Of a stretch of 55,825 nt of DNA, positions 22,820-33,872 are shown piece after piece; position 1 is the first letter of the stretch, and each line of letters begins with the position of its first letter. The stretch spans positions 62,001 through 117,825 of the forward strand of contig JALDZS010000065.1 in NCBI GenBank assembly GCA_022813965.1. The letters run 5' to 3'. The notes below the pieces were generated by a model that saw nothing but the letters and a program-made list of their open reading frames with translations, did no database searches and was not told where the DNA came from. The DNA comes from Toensbergia leucococca. Lineage: Eukaryota. The position numbers were made by a program, and so were the translations under genes.

Positions 22820-22985
22820 ACAGTCAAATTACTAGAAAAGGCACTGCTTATTGGCAAATCAAAGTTCGAACCCCGATTGGCTCTGAGGAGGGTATGAACA
22901 CCCGTAGAACGCCGATGCACAAGACCGTGTGCTCCAATGCATGACTTTGCGTCCACGCTAATGCGAAGAGAACAAAAATTAGAGA

Positions 22986-24881
22986 TTAGTAAGATACCAT
23001 ACGCCTTGAGAACATCCGCTTGGTATCAAGATGCTGGTCAATTGCAATTTCCATACCCGTCACCAGAGCACTACATTGTCGACCAGGAGCTGTAGGACTG
23101 TCATCCATGTGTTGACTGTGTTGACCAAAAGCAAACGTTTGAGCTCTGCTGAGCTTGCCACGCTGTTGCTTAATGCGCCCGAGGCCACGTTCGCAAGCGT
23201 TGGCGTGCTCCTTATCAGCCATCTCAACGTAACTCTGAGGCGAGCAGCGGAATCTGTGGTCTATGAAGAATGAACTGTAACCACCATCTAGGATGTACGC
23301 TTCAGGGTACGTCAGTCTCGGGTATCGATGAGCGTTCGCTGCACGATCACGGTGACGAATATATTTTGCCCTGTTCGACGATTTTAGCATGCAAAAATTA
23401 TTAGGGTTAAAGACAGCTCACATGATAGGAGCCCTGTGTGCAGAGTATTCGCAATGGAAGATAAGCAGTATCTTTGGCGCTGTTGATGACAGTGCTGATG
23501 ACTCGAATAGTTGCTTTGAGAGCTCTTCTTTATCATTGAAATTTAGAGCACCATCGATGTGCCCACCTTTGTATTCGTATTCGAAACGACAATCAATGAC
23601 CATGCAATGGTCGTAACAGTCAAGATATCTACCGTCTAGGACATCGACCATTGTATCCTTGGTAATACGAGGTAGACTCTCTTCGTCAGAATTAAAGTGC
23701 GGAAGCTGTAATTGATGAGGATCATCAATATCCATGATGGAATGTAGACTTCCCGGAGGGCAAAAGTCAGGCTGCTGTTGTTTTGTGATTTCTGCCGGAT
23801 GCTCAAACATACTTAGAGAGCGACGAAAGAGCTTTCTAGGTCGTTGAGTTGGTGCGGATGGTTTTCGAACATGCCCTATAATTGGAGGTCCATTATTGCG
23901 TGAGTGTCCATGTAGACCTGGAAAAGGCTGTTTTAGTCTTGGAGGACCCATTATCGACATTGGTAAATTAGTGGAGTGCAACTTCTTCTCTTGTGGCGGT
24001 GATGACACAAAACATTCATCAAGTGACATTAGCGAAGGAGACGGCAACAAGGGGCCAGATCCGAATTTAAAATGAGGGAGCTGATTATCGAGTCCACCAG
24101 CCTTCATGGACATGGCGTTGGTCGAATGACCCTTTGTACGAGACAAGGATGGTCTAAAGAGGGTGGATCTTCTACGCCTATAATCAAATCAGACTTTTTC
24201 CGGAATGAGTCAATTGGACAAAACTCACTCGGAGGGTACAGCTTGTTTAAGGACTTCCAGTGAACGTTCTGCTACAACATCGGGGGATGAGAGCATGTAT
24301 CCATTGGTTGGAGTATATTCGGGTGTAGGAGGTTGCAGTTCTATATGAGTAGTTACGACGTACGGCGCCTTGTGAGGTAGTGGAGATATATCCATCGAAT
24401 CGTTGCCAGGACCTGGGGATGATGATGGTAGCGGCGGCGTCGTCACACTTTCTATTCTATTGTGAGCGATGATATTGCCAGTGTAGTATGATTGCCGTAC
24501 CACGACCATTGCTTGTGCCAAACAAATTCGATGAGAAGAGCGCTCTTCTTGGAGTAGGAAGCTGTGGACTATAGAACTTGATATCAGTGTCTGCAATGAG
24601 AGAAAAAGTATGCCAGCATCATACCTTTGATCAATGTGAAAGTTTTGAGACAGATCTGCTGCAAGACTAGCAGTTGGGGATGATCCTCGAATGGGCTTCA
24701 AGTTGAAATAATCTGTAGATGCTTTTGTCATGCTGAGATCCTTGAAGTTGAAGCTCTTCGGTCCAAAATTGAGCTTCCCTCCATAACAAGAATTCGATGT
24801 TGGTGCATCCGCTCGGCAGCCCCAAAGCCCAAATGGTAGCGACGGGTGCTGCATAGCAGCCAGAGGCGATGACTGCTCCAT
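22986..24881 (-). CDS. CDC25: M-phase inducer phosphatase Cdc25/Mih1/NimT
   Basis: Multi-exon. N-terminal MEQSSPLAAM, RGSSPTASLAADLSQNFHID and SPQLPTPRRALF. Catalytic domain IDCRFEYEYKGGHI, HCEYSAHRAP and YPEAYILDGGYSSFF. Some internal exon borders were not traced. Confidence 0.95.
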
Positions 24882-26721
24882 GTTACTCTACCAGATCGTT
24901 GATGGAATGATTTAGTCAAAGATCACTATCAGTAAGTATCTCGAGCCCGGATTGGAATGCTGACGGTGGATCGAGGGACCAGGAACAGCTATCAGTCCTG
25001 TGCTTGGAGGACAGCACTTTTGATCTGAGTGACGGATAAAGATTCTCGATAAGGGATTGGGCGTGGCTCTAAGCTGCTGTACATCTAACACTGCTATGTC
25101 AATTGATGAGAGGTCGTAATGTCGCGGTCACAGACTGGCGTAAGACATTGGGACTGCTCGAAGCCGTCGCCCTGGATCCGTAGGATGTGACTGGTCCTAA
25201 GGTGGACGACCAACTTACGAGCCGACGGGGGAGGAGAGACCGTCGAGCAGATGGCGAGGGCAAGAGTAGAAGAGGAGAAAAGGAAAGCTCATGAAGGAGG
25301 AGGAAGAGCAATTGAGTAAGCTCTCGACTGGGTTGAAGCTCCGGTGATGAGTTGTCGAAGCAACAAAGTGGGGATACCGTACCAAATAGTCTAATGCAGC
25401 CGCTTAAGCCTTAGAGGGGTGATCCAAGCTTGGTGGTGAAGCTTAACATTGCTTAGCGACTTCCACTCCTTCTGTGTACCTAGCAACGGCACGGACGAGG
25501 CCAAGATTCAGGGCAAATCCAAGTATTCGGAGTAAAGCAAAGCCTTTTCCTGCACCAACCCCAGCCAATCATAAGACATTTACCGTGGTTACAGCGCTGC
25601 AAATCTGCTTTGGGTTGCTACATGCAAGGTGCTGCCCACGTTGCTCCAGCAAAAAAGACCTAAATAGGCCTTTCGTAGGGCTCGCGGCTCACAAGCAAGA
25701 TCAGCGATAGGGATGAGATAAGTGGAGACTAAGAGTCTGTTCATACAGCGAATCAAATTGCTTCGCTGCTTGTGTCCCAAGTCTTCGCGCTGAGCACGTA
25801 CATAATTATGACCAATCTTCGGTCCTCTTACTCTCAATTGTACTCGTAAATTGCAGTGGCTAGTACCATGGTCAATTACCAGATGCAATCTGCAACATCT
25901 TCCTTCTTTCATCTTCATACCTCCAAGTGGCAAGACCCACCGCCTCCCTTGCTTCCAGCTAGGTACTCAGCCTCAGCCAAGCCATTCCTTGGACAGCGGG
26001 AACGAAGACATCATGCGTTGCCAGGTCACATAAGCGCTAGGGAACATTGAACTAATGGAAGATAGCAACCTCGATTTTCAGGTAGCCGGGTCTGGGTATC
26101 TTATCGCTCCTGAGTAGTATAAGGTAGCTTCTTGTGAAACATCTAGGCTTTACCCGCGCCATTGCCCTGCGGCCACAGAGATAGGCAGGACTCTCCAATC
26201 CCGCCGAGACTCCAGCGGTCCGGAGTAAAAAGACTAGCCCGACTCCTATGCAATGCAGTGTGCTAGACTTCGAGCCGCCCAAGCAGAGCAAGTGTATTCA
26301 AGTCAGAGTGGACCCAATTATCGTCCGTGGACCGTGTTCAACACCAGGTAAACAAGACAGGGATGCGCGAAAGCGGTACGTAGGCTCGTGACATGGTGAT
26401 AAGGCGAAAGCTAAGACATGATGTCATTGGCCAGCACGAGTTCACACACAACAGCAATGGTAGAAAATTGCCTTGTGCTCAGTGCTCAGTGCTCAGTGCT
26501 CATATTGCTATGATGATCATACGCATCCTCATATACCCTGTGCACGAGAATGTGATCTATGAGGGTACACATAGAATAGATAACCTTGATCGAGGGATAT
26601 TCTGAGTATTCTGCCTCCTGCTTAGCGTTAAAATGAAATTCCGCTGTGTTTGCATTTGTTTGCATCTTTTGAGACCTGTGAACCCCAATTACTCAAATTA
26701 ATTGAAAACGTCTCTTTCACT

Positions 26722-29700
26722 ATGTCGAATAAACGGCGAAGGGAGCAGCCCACTGTCGATGCAGAGCTAGTAGAAATCTTTGAGGACTTGGCAAGTGAGA
26801 ATGAGGAGATTAGATTAAAAGCTGCCAAAACTCTACTCTTGAAGGCATTGCCTGGTGCTGATACTTCCAGCGAACAACTGATTAAAATCCTGAGGAGACT
26901 CATTAGGGGATTATGTAGCGGTCGCAAAGCTGCTCGACTGGGCTTCTCCGTTGCCCTTACTGAGCTTTTAGTCCAGATATTGGGCCCACATGGGAAGGAA
27001 TTTCCAGATCTTAATCTAGGGGTTGCGGAGCTGATTAAAATATTGGAGGAACAAACAAACGTGGGAGGTAGCGTCTCTGGCCAAGTACCTAGCCCTCAAT
27101 TACATAGAGAGTGTACATTGGGCTCATGTACTTATTTTATAGGAGGAACGAGACCATCATTTTGGACGTCTATTCGGGGCAGAAGCATTTATAAAATCTC
27201 ACGTCTTGTTTCGAGATGACACGGCCATCGACTGCTGGGCTCAAGTCCTCGATATCATCTACAGTTTGGCAATCAAGAAACCTTGGTTGCGAGAAGAATG
27301 TGGATGGATCCTGTATGAGGCAACGCAAAGCCTCAGCGTGCATACATTCGATCTCAAGTATGCTCAATTGATAATCGACAAACTCCACGCGGCTGGACTT
27401 GCAAGAACGCCTGAAGGATTAGCGGTATGGATAGCCACACAGTCACTTTTTCCACTCGTCAATCTACCCCTAGACGTCTGGCGAGGGGAGGACCCACTCT
27501 ATAAGACGGAGAAGACGAAATTGGCGCAACTACTGAAGGAATCTTCAGTAACCGATTCAACCCGAAATGGTTCTGATGTCAAAGCTCCTTCCAAAGGCAT
27601 CTGGAACTCGAAACTACACTTTGCGTGGGATGTCGTCCTAGCCGCTCTTCTCGACATTCATTCGCAACCTGCGGTAAAACGCACCAAACCTTCCAAACGC
27701 TTGAACTTTGTGGATTTTTGGCACGAGGCTGTCGATAGTGAGCCTTCTCAGAAATCCCGGGAGACTTTGCTAATCTGGATTAGATAGCCTGTTCATTGCC
27801 TCATCCTCGGACGAACGAAAATATTGGGGGTTTTTGCTCTTCCAGCGAATGTTTCGGGATGCTCCTGAGCATCTGCTTCCTGTTCTCTTCAGTAAGAACC
27901 TTATGCGATGCCTCATGAACCAGCTTTCGTCACCGGAGCGTTATCTTCACCGCATTGCCGAGAAGACCCTGAAGGTTGTGGTTGCGAAGGTTGAGGCACA
28001 TCCACAACTTGTTGTTTCAGCTTTGAATGGTTTACTAGGCCCAAATGGGGAAACACACTTTGACCAGATTACGAAAACAAAAACAGTGGAGAACTTGCTG
28101 ACTCAAGTCAACGACAAGACGTTGCGCGAACTACTGCCCGTCTTTGACAAAGCGATCCTACGGCCCGAGGTGAAAGATGAAAAAGCTGCAGCCTCAAGAA
28201 GACAGATGATAGCTGATCAGCTCGTGTCCGTTGTACGATCGAGGCAAATTGCTTTGGAAGAGACTAATCCAGCAGTGCATGAATCATTTGCTAGCATTAA
28301 ACAGATTTTGGCTATGTTTGTGAAATACGCCTACTTCACAGTCGAGGAAGCCCACAACGGAAAACATAGTGTGCCAGAGCCGCCAGTGTCTAAGGCATCC
28401 CAAGAAATGTTCAGATCAAGGATCACTTCATGCCTTACACATGTTATTGCGAAGGCGGTGGACCCCTCGCACTCTGCTTACGACGTCGTCTGTATTATTC
28501 GTTACCAGGAAGGGCTAGACAACGGACAACAGATCATATTCGATGCGGATCATAGCATACGCAAAGTGATTCGTAAGTCGTGGAAAACGTTAGACAAGGT
28601 TCACTCCAAAGCGAAGTCGGCAAAAGCCCAAAAAAGGAGCTACCTCCGTGCCTTCAAGCTTCTTTATTCTCTGACTATACTGCAAGTCTACAATGGGGAT
28701 GCAGATGCCGTCAATGTGCTCGATGACCTCAAGGATTGCTATGGTACGCTTGTGAAGCACAACGCGAAGGGCGAGCTAGGAGGTTCAGAGCTCTTGGTGG
28801 AGGTACTGCTGAGCTTTGTCTCAAAGCCGTCTTTGCTGTACAGGCGACTGGCCCAACAAGTCTTCTCGGCCTTTGCTCCAGATGTTAATGCAATGGGCTT
28901 GCAGTCCATGATCCGGGTTAGCATGCATGCCTCTGCCATGAACGAAATATTAGCTAATAACTGTAGGTATTGGAGACTAAAGAGAGTATGCTAGGCCAAG
29001 AGGAGATGTTCGACCATGAAGATGAAGAAGATCAAGATGACGCCAATTCAAATGACAACGAGCCTTTTGACATTGAAGAAATCGACATGCTAGACGCTAA
29101 TGCGATGTCTTCACCAATCCACAATAATGCAGAACCCGGCACCTCCAACACACCAAGCAACAGCAACTCTGACTCAGACCTAGAAACCTCCAACGACGAA
29201 CTCTCCGCCTTCGACGCCAAGCTCGCTGAAGCCCTTCGAACCCAACCTCCCAACCGCAGCTCAAACTCCCCCCATCCCGCCGATTCAGACTCAGACATGT
29301 CCTCCACCCAAATGCTAGCCCTAGACACCCACCTGGCCTCCATCTTCCGCGCCCGCAAATCGCAATCGACCCCAAAATCCCGCCAAAAGTCTGCAAAAGA
29401 AACAATCACATCCTTCAAATGCCGCGTCCTCGATCTCCTCGAAATCTACATCAAACACCAGCACGCCAACCCCTTAGCCCTCTCCCTCCTCCTCCCCGTC
29501 CTCACCCTACTCACCTCCACGACCAGCACACTCGTCTCCACAAAAGCCAGCGCCATCATGCGCGAGTACAGTCGCCTCTGCAAAGGGAAAGTCGTCCCTG
29601 CCGTCACGGACGCGGAACCTATTTTCGACCTACTCAGCAAAGTTCACGCCGAGGCGATGAAAGGTGGCTCCAATGCCCATGCTAGCGCGTGCAGTCAGGC

Positions 29701-29872
29701 GAGCTTGCTGCTCGTCAAGACGCTGGCTGCGAGAGGCAGGCAGAATTTGAAGCGGGTGGTGGCGGTGTATGCGGCAACGCAGGAGAGAATGCTGTTTGAG
29801 GGGGCATCGTGTGGGGTGAGGATGTCATTTTTTACGGATTGGTTGAATTGGTGTGCTACGGCGCGAAAGTGA
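26722..29872 (+). CDS. POL5: Pol5/MYBBP1A ('DNA polymerase phi') rRNA biogenesis factor
   Basis: ATG at 26722 (MSNKRRRE). Introns at ~27085-27142, ~27737-27783 and ~28917-28966. Motifs LRRLIRGLCSGRKAARLGFSVALTE, KKPWLREECGW, FDQITKTKTVE, FKCRVLDLLEIY. Confidence 0.9.
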
Positions 29873-30145
29873 GTGCGGGTTTTGGGGGGGCACTTGCGAG
29901 AGAAATCCTTTGATGCGAGAAAAGATTTTTCTCCTTGTTGAGATGGAGGGATGAAAGGCACAAATCTCACACAGTTGGGTAGGTACGTGATAATGGAGAA
30001 GCAAAAGCCCATAGGTAGACAGATCAAAAAAATGGCAAAATTGTGTCAAGCTTATCCGTATGTACTTTAGATACTTATCAATAAAGTATACATTATACCG
30101 CTCCCCTCCACCCCAATATATCCCCACCATCTCGCCCCCCAAAAC

Positions 30146-31138
30146 TCACACCCGCCTCCTCGCCCCTCCCAGCCAACTCCCAACCAATGCCCCAACCAAC
30201 CCCTCCGTAACCCGAACCCCCCTCTCCACATCCTCCCTCTCCGCCGCGCCCGGCACGTGCAAGAACATGACTCTGCGCTCCGCGTCGTGCAGATCGCGGC
30301 GCCAGTGCTCGACGAGCGAGGTGTAGTAGATGAACTCGCACAGGTAGCGGCCCGCGTCATCGGAGAGACGGACGTCTTCGTCCTAATTTGGGGGCGCAAG
30401 TGTTGGGGTTGTTTTTCTTTTTTTTTTTTGGAGGAGGGGGGGAGGAAATGAGATAACTTAGGGTATTTTTGTTTCTTTTTGGCGGACAAAGCAAGCGGAA
30501 AATGGGTAAGTTTCGGAAAAGGGGGAATTGTTTTTTTTTTACCTCGACGCTCTGCTTCCATCTCTCGCATACATCTTCGGCGTTGAAGCCTGTTTCCAGC
30601 ATTGGCGGTGCGTCGTACTCGTGCTGCCAGAAGGTGTCGCCGCTCATGGTTTGCCCGTCTACGTCTTTGCCTTTGTAGAGGTCCCTGTGGGCGCGAGCTT
30701 CCATGGCGAAGTGTTTCCGCTTCGGCGCCATGCCGATGTGGAGGATGATGTCGAAGTTTGGTTGTGGGGGGTTGAGCGCGGTGGAGGCATGGTTTGATGG
30801 GGGTTTGGAGGGGGGAGAGAAGAGGAGGGCTGGGATGAGCTTGCGGACTGTTTTGTAGGCGACGCGGATGGGGGAGCGGTGGACGTGGAGGTGGATTTTG
30901 GGGAGGGAGGGGAGAGAGAGGTAGGGAGGGAGGGCTGTGGCGATTAGGTAGGAGGGATTGGTGGAGTAGTCGGCAAAAGGCTAAAGGTGCGAGGAATCAG
31001 TGCAAGTTTAATTTGGGGGAGGAGGGAATCGTGGAGGATAATCCATTGGGGGAGCCGAACGCCAAAGCCGGTCACGAGGACGTGGATATCATCGTTGCTG
31101 TCTTCGGGCGGAGTGGGCTCGGGAGCGCGGGAACCCAT
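30146..31138 (-). CDS. Pyroglutamyl peptidase I (peptidase C15)
   Basis: ATG at 31138. VLVTGFG, then after an intron PF...NPSYLIA, IILHIG, AMEARAHRD. Intron 30542-30383 is followed by SDDAGRYLCEFIYYTSL (catalytic Cys) and FLHVP (catalytic His). Stop at 30146-30148. Confidence 0.88.
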
Positions 31139-31605
31139 CAATGTATCGAGGTTAATCAATACCACTCAGCTTTCGATAAGGGATAAAAGGTAGAGGTAAA
31201 GGTGCAAGCTCTTTGTGCCCCACGGTGTTAGGATTGTGTACAGATACCCCGCTGTGGATCCATACTTCAACGTGACGGAAGAAACATCGACCGAGATATT
31301 GATGTTCATCAAGATCATGAAGTTGCCAGCATGTTTGACCACATCTGGTTCGGGAAATTCCATCGCGACGGTCTGAGTCATGCACAAGTGGTAAATTGTA
31401 TCACTCATGTCATGCCTCTGTGTCGAAGATGGCGATAGCTGGTAGAGATGAGCTATAACTCAGGGGATATAAAGAGGCTTGCACATCATCACAGACAAAT
31501 AGTATTCCAGTAGCTAACAAGAAGGGAAAGCGACATACACGGCACTCTTTGCCTGCCTCCACAGATCTGCCTTTGACGTTCAGTACGTTTCGGCGTAGTT
31601 GTTGC

Positions 31606-32151
31606 ATGATTCTTTCCCTGGTCCGAATATTTCTGCTCTTGTTCGCCTCTTACGTTCCTGCGCTCCCTTGGGGGAACGGTTCGAACACATGCTCAAGCAA
31701 GATCCCATCACTGATGATACCTATTAAGTCCAATGCACCTACGTCAGTATTTTCTAACACAAGTACATTTCTTGTTAGTCGGGATCCTAGCCAGGGCATC
31801 CAGTGGGATTGTCTACTCAGGTTTGAAATCCCACGTAGCTCACGGGAATGTCAGCTGGAGCTTGATTTTCCTTCGAGGTATCCTTATGTTAATCAAAGTA
31901 CTAAAACTGTTGTTTTCTGGGCCGTGCCGAATATCTTGAGTACCGGATGCTGCTGGGACGACGCTCCAAGCAAGTATGATAGGATCGGAAGTACTCCATG
32001 GCCGATCAACGGGAGTAGGCTCGTGGTAACCAAGCTTGCGTGCCAGGAAGTCTTGAGCTTCAGAGCTGACCTTAGCGGAGAGGATGGGGCTGAAAGCATC
32101 TCATTCAGCCAGCTTACGTCTGAAGGGTTGATGCTGAGATACAATTGCTGA
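31606..32151 (+). CDS. Small secreted protein with But2 C-terminal-like domain
   Basis: ATG at 31606, hydrophobic signal peptide (MILSLVRIFLLLFASYVPA), then the pattern LRFEIP...CQLELDFP...WDDAP...C...LSF...GLMLRYNC*. Seven Cys in the mature part. Confidence 0.7.
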   Translation: MILSLVRIFLLLFASYVPALPWGNGSNTCSSKIPSLMIPIKSNAPTSVFSNTSTFLVSRDPSQGIQWDCLLRFEIPRSSRECQLELDFPSRYPYVNQSTKTVVFWAVPNILSTGCCWDDAPSKYDRIGSTPWPINGSRLVVTKLACQEVLSFRADLSGEDGAESISFSQLTSEGLMLRYNC

Positions 32152-32222
32152 AAAGGTAGGTTATTCAAAGGCTCCGAGGTTCATTTGCTTCAGCTCTTCC
32201 CAAGAATTTAGCAGGTCTTTCA

Positions 32223-32826
32223 ACGCGTATATTCTTAAGCCAGATAGGGCAGGTCCGCCGTGTTCGAATATGTGTAAACAGTGTCAGAGTTGAAACACGT
32301 AAGGTGCTTACCCATTGGGAGGACTTCAGACGTGCGTGTAAGTTTATCAGGGCAACTCTTGACGCGTTAAGACATGAATGCAGATTTCAGCGGAGCAGGT
32401 TGGAATAGGAAGAAGAAGCCGAAGGTGGAGAAGGCCTAGTCTGGGCGAGTATGTATGGCTTGAGGTATAGTGTAGGAGAGAGTGTCTCAAGTGGAGCAAT
32501 GCCATCTTGGTTGCAGCCTTGGGTTCACATGCAGTTCCTGTTACGCATAAAGCTGAAGTAAACGCGTAGTGGGTCATGCAGGCCAGGCTAGTAGTATCAG
32601 ACGGCTTCTTTCTCTTCTACTCGATGAACACGAATAGCATGATTCTATAGGCTAGGGCGGCGTTGAGGTCTGTTTGGTGTCGGCTGTCTCAAATGCACAC
32701 TTTGACACTCTCGTCTCTCGCACTTTACGCGAAAACATTTCGTCGCACGCCTGGTCGAAGTCGAATATACGCGTTTCCCATGCTAGTGCCACATTTCCAT
32801 TGGCTGCCTTTCGCGGGTCACGAAAA
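32223..32826. promoter_or_regulatory. Cluster of MCB (ACGCGT) and SCB-like (CRCGAAA) elements
   Basis: ACGCGT at 32223, 32362, 32562 and 32769; CGCGAAA at 32728; TTTCGCG at 32809; CACGAAA at 32819. Function is inferred from yeast MBF/SBF consensus sites. Confidence 0.5.
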
Positions 32827-33872
32827 CCGCTCGAGTATGCATTAGTGCCTCGATATCACCTACACCATCTCCATCTACACTTTTCTTCCATCTTGCCAGT
32901 CTGACCAAGACACTCTCACATCCCATCCAAGACTATCAATCGTCTTTGCCTAGCTATCAACAGCTTCAAACCCAAGAGACACACCAATTGACTAGAGAGT
33001 ACTCGACCGTTGACAACCGACTTCGCCAGACCTGAAGACCTCAATCTCTACACCCACCACCGAGTCACTACTCCCTACCCCATCTTTCACAACATCGCAC
33101 CTAGCCTTCTACGAAACGAAGCTCAAGCTGCTAAAATTCTGCTACAATCTCTCTCGTCACCTTCTCTAACTCGCTTGCTACTACCGACTTGTTCGTCATA
33201 GCTTTGTCGCGTCCTTGAATCCCAATTGACCACTTTGCGACAATAAAAATCACCAACGCTTGCGTCGATACAACAATCTACGATTGCTTGGGAAAATATG
33301 GGTTACACTTGAGCTATTGCGACATGAAATGAGCTCCGTTGAAACCCACCAAAATCAAAAGGAATCAAGGTCGCCACACTGAGCTCCACCAAGGTACACC
33401 CCAGAGACGCACTGACATCGACATCTGCTTCGTAAATCGTACTTCTTCTTGTACCGGGCTTGTGCCTTACTCCAAAGCTTTGCTTATCAGCTTTTCAGCT
33501 GTTTGAGACCGCCACGATAGAACTACCCGGGGTCGCATTTAGTTTCAGACATAGTGGTGTAGGGCCGAAAAAGAAGTAGAGACACTGGAAAGGATAACTA
33601 GCACTGATAAGAGCAGAAGACTACCTTTGTTCACCCAAAAGGCGCCGTCATTCGGAGCATTATTCTGGAGGGATTCGATCGCCTTGCAGCCTCCTTGCCT
33701 GCACATAGATTTGCCTAGTCGCTTCTCTTTATTATCTCTATCTGGACACAAGTTTGACGAGATTACGGATCTTTGCTGTGTCGGGCAATCAGTGAGACAC
33801 AGTCTTTGTTGTGTCCTCGTTTGGCTGCATAGGCGTTCACGCTACGATCCGTTTTGACGGAAGCTTTTCACC

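Noticed and set aside
26475..26501. TGCTCAG tandem repeat upstream of POL5
   Set aside because: A simple short repeat with no evidence of function.
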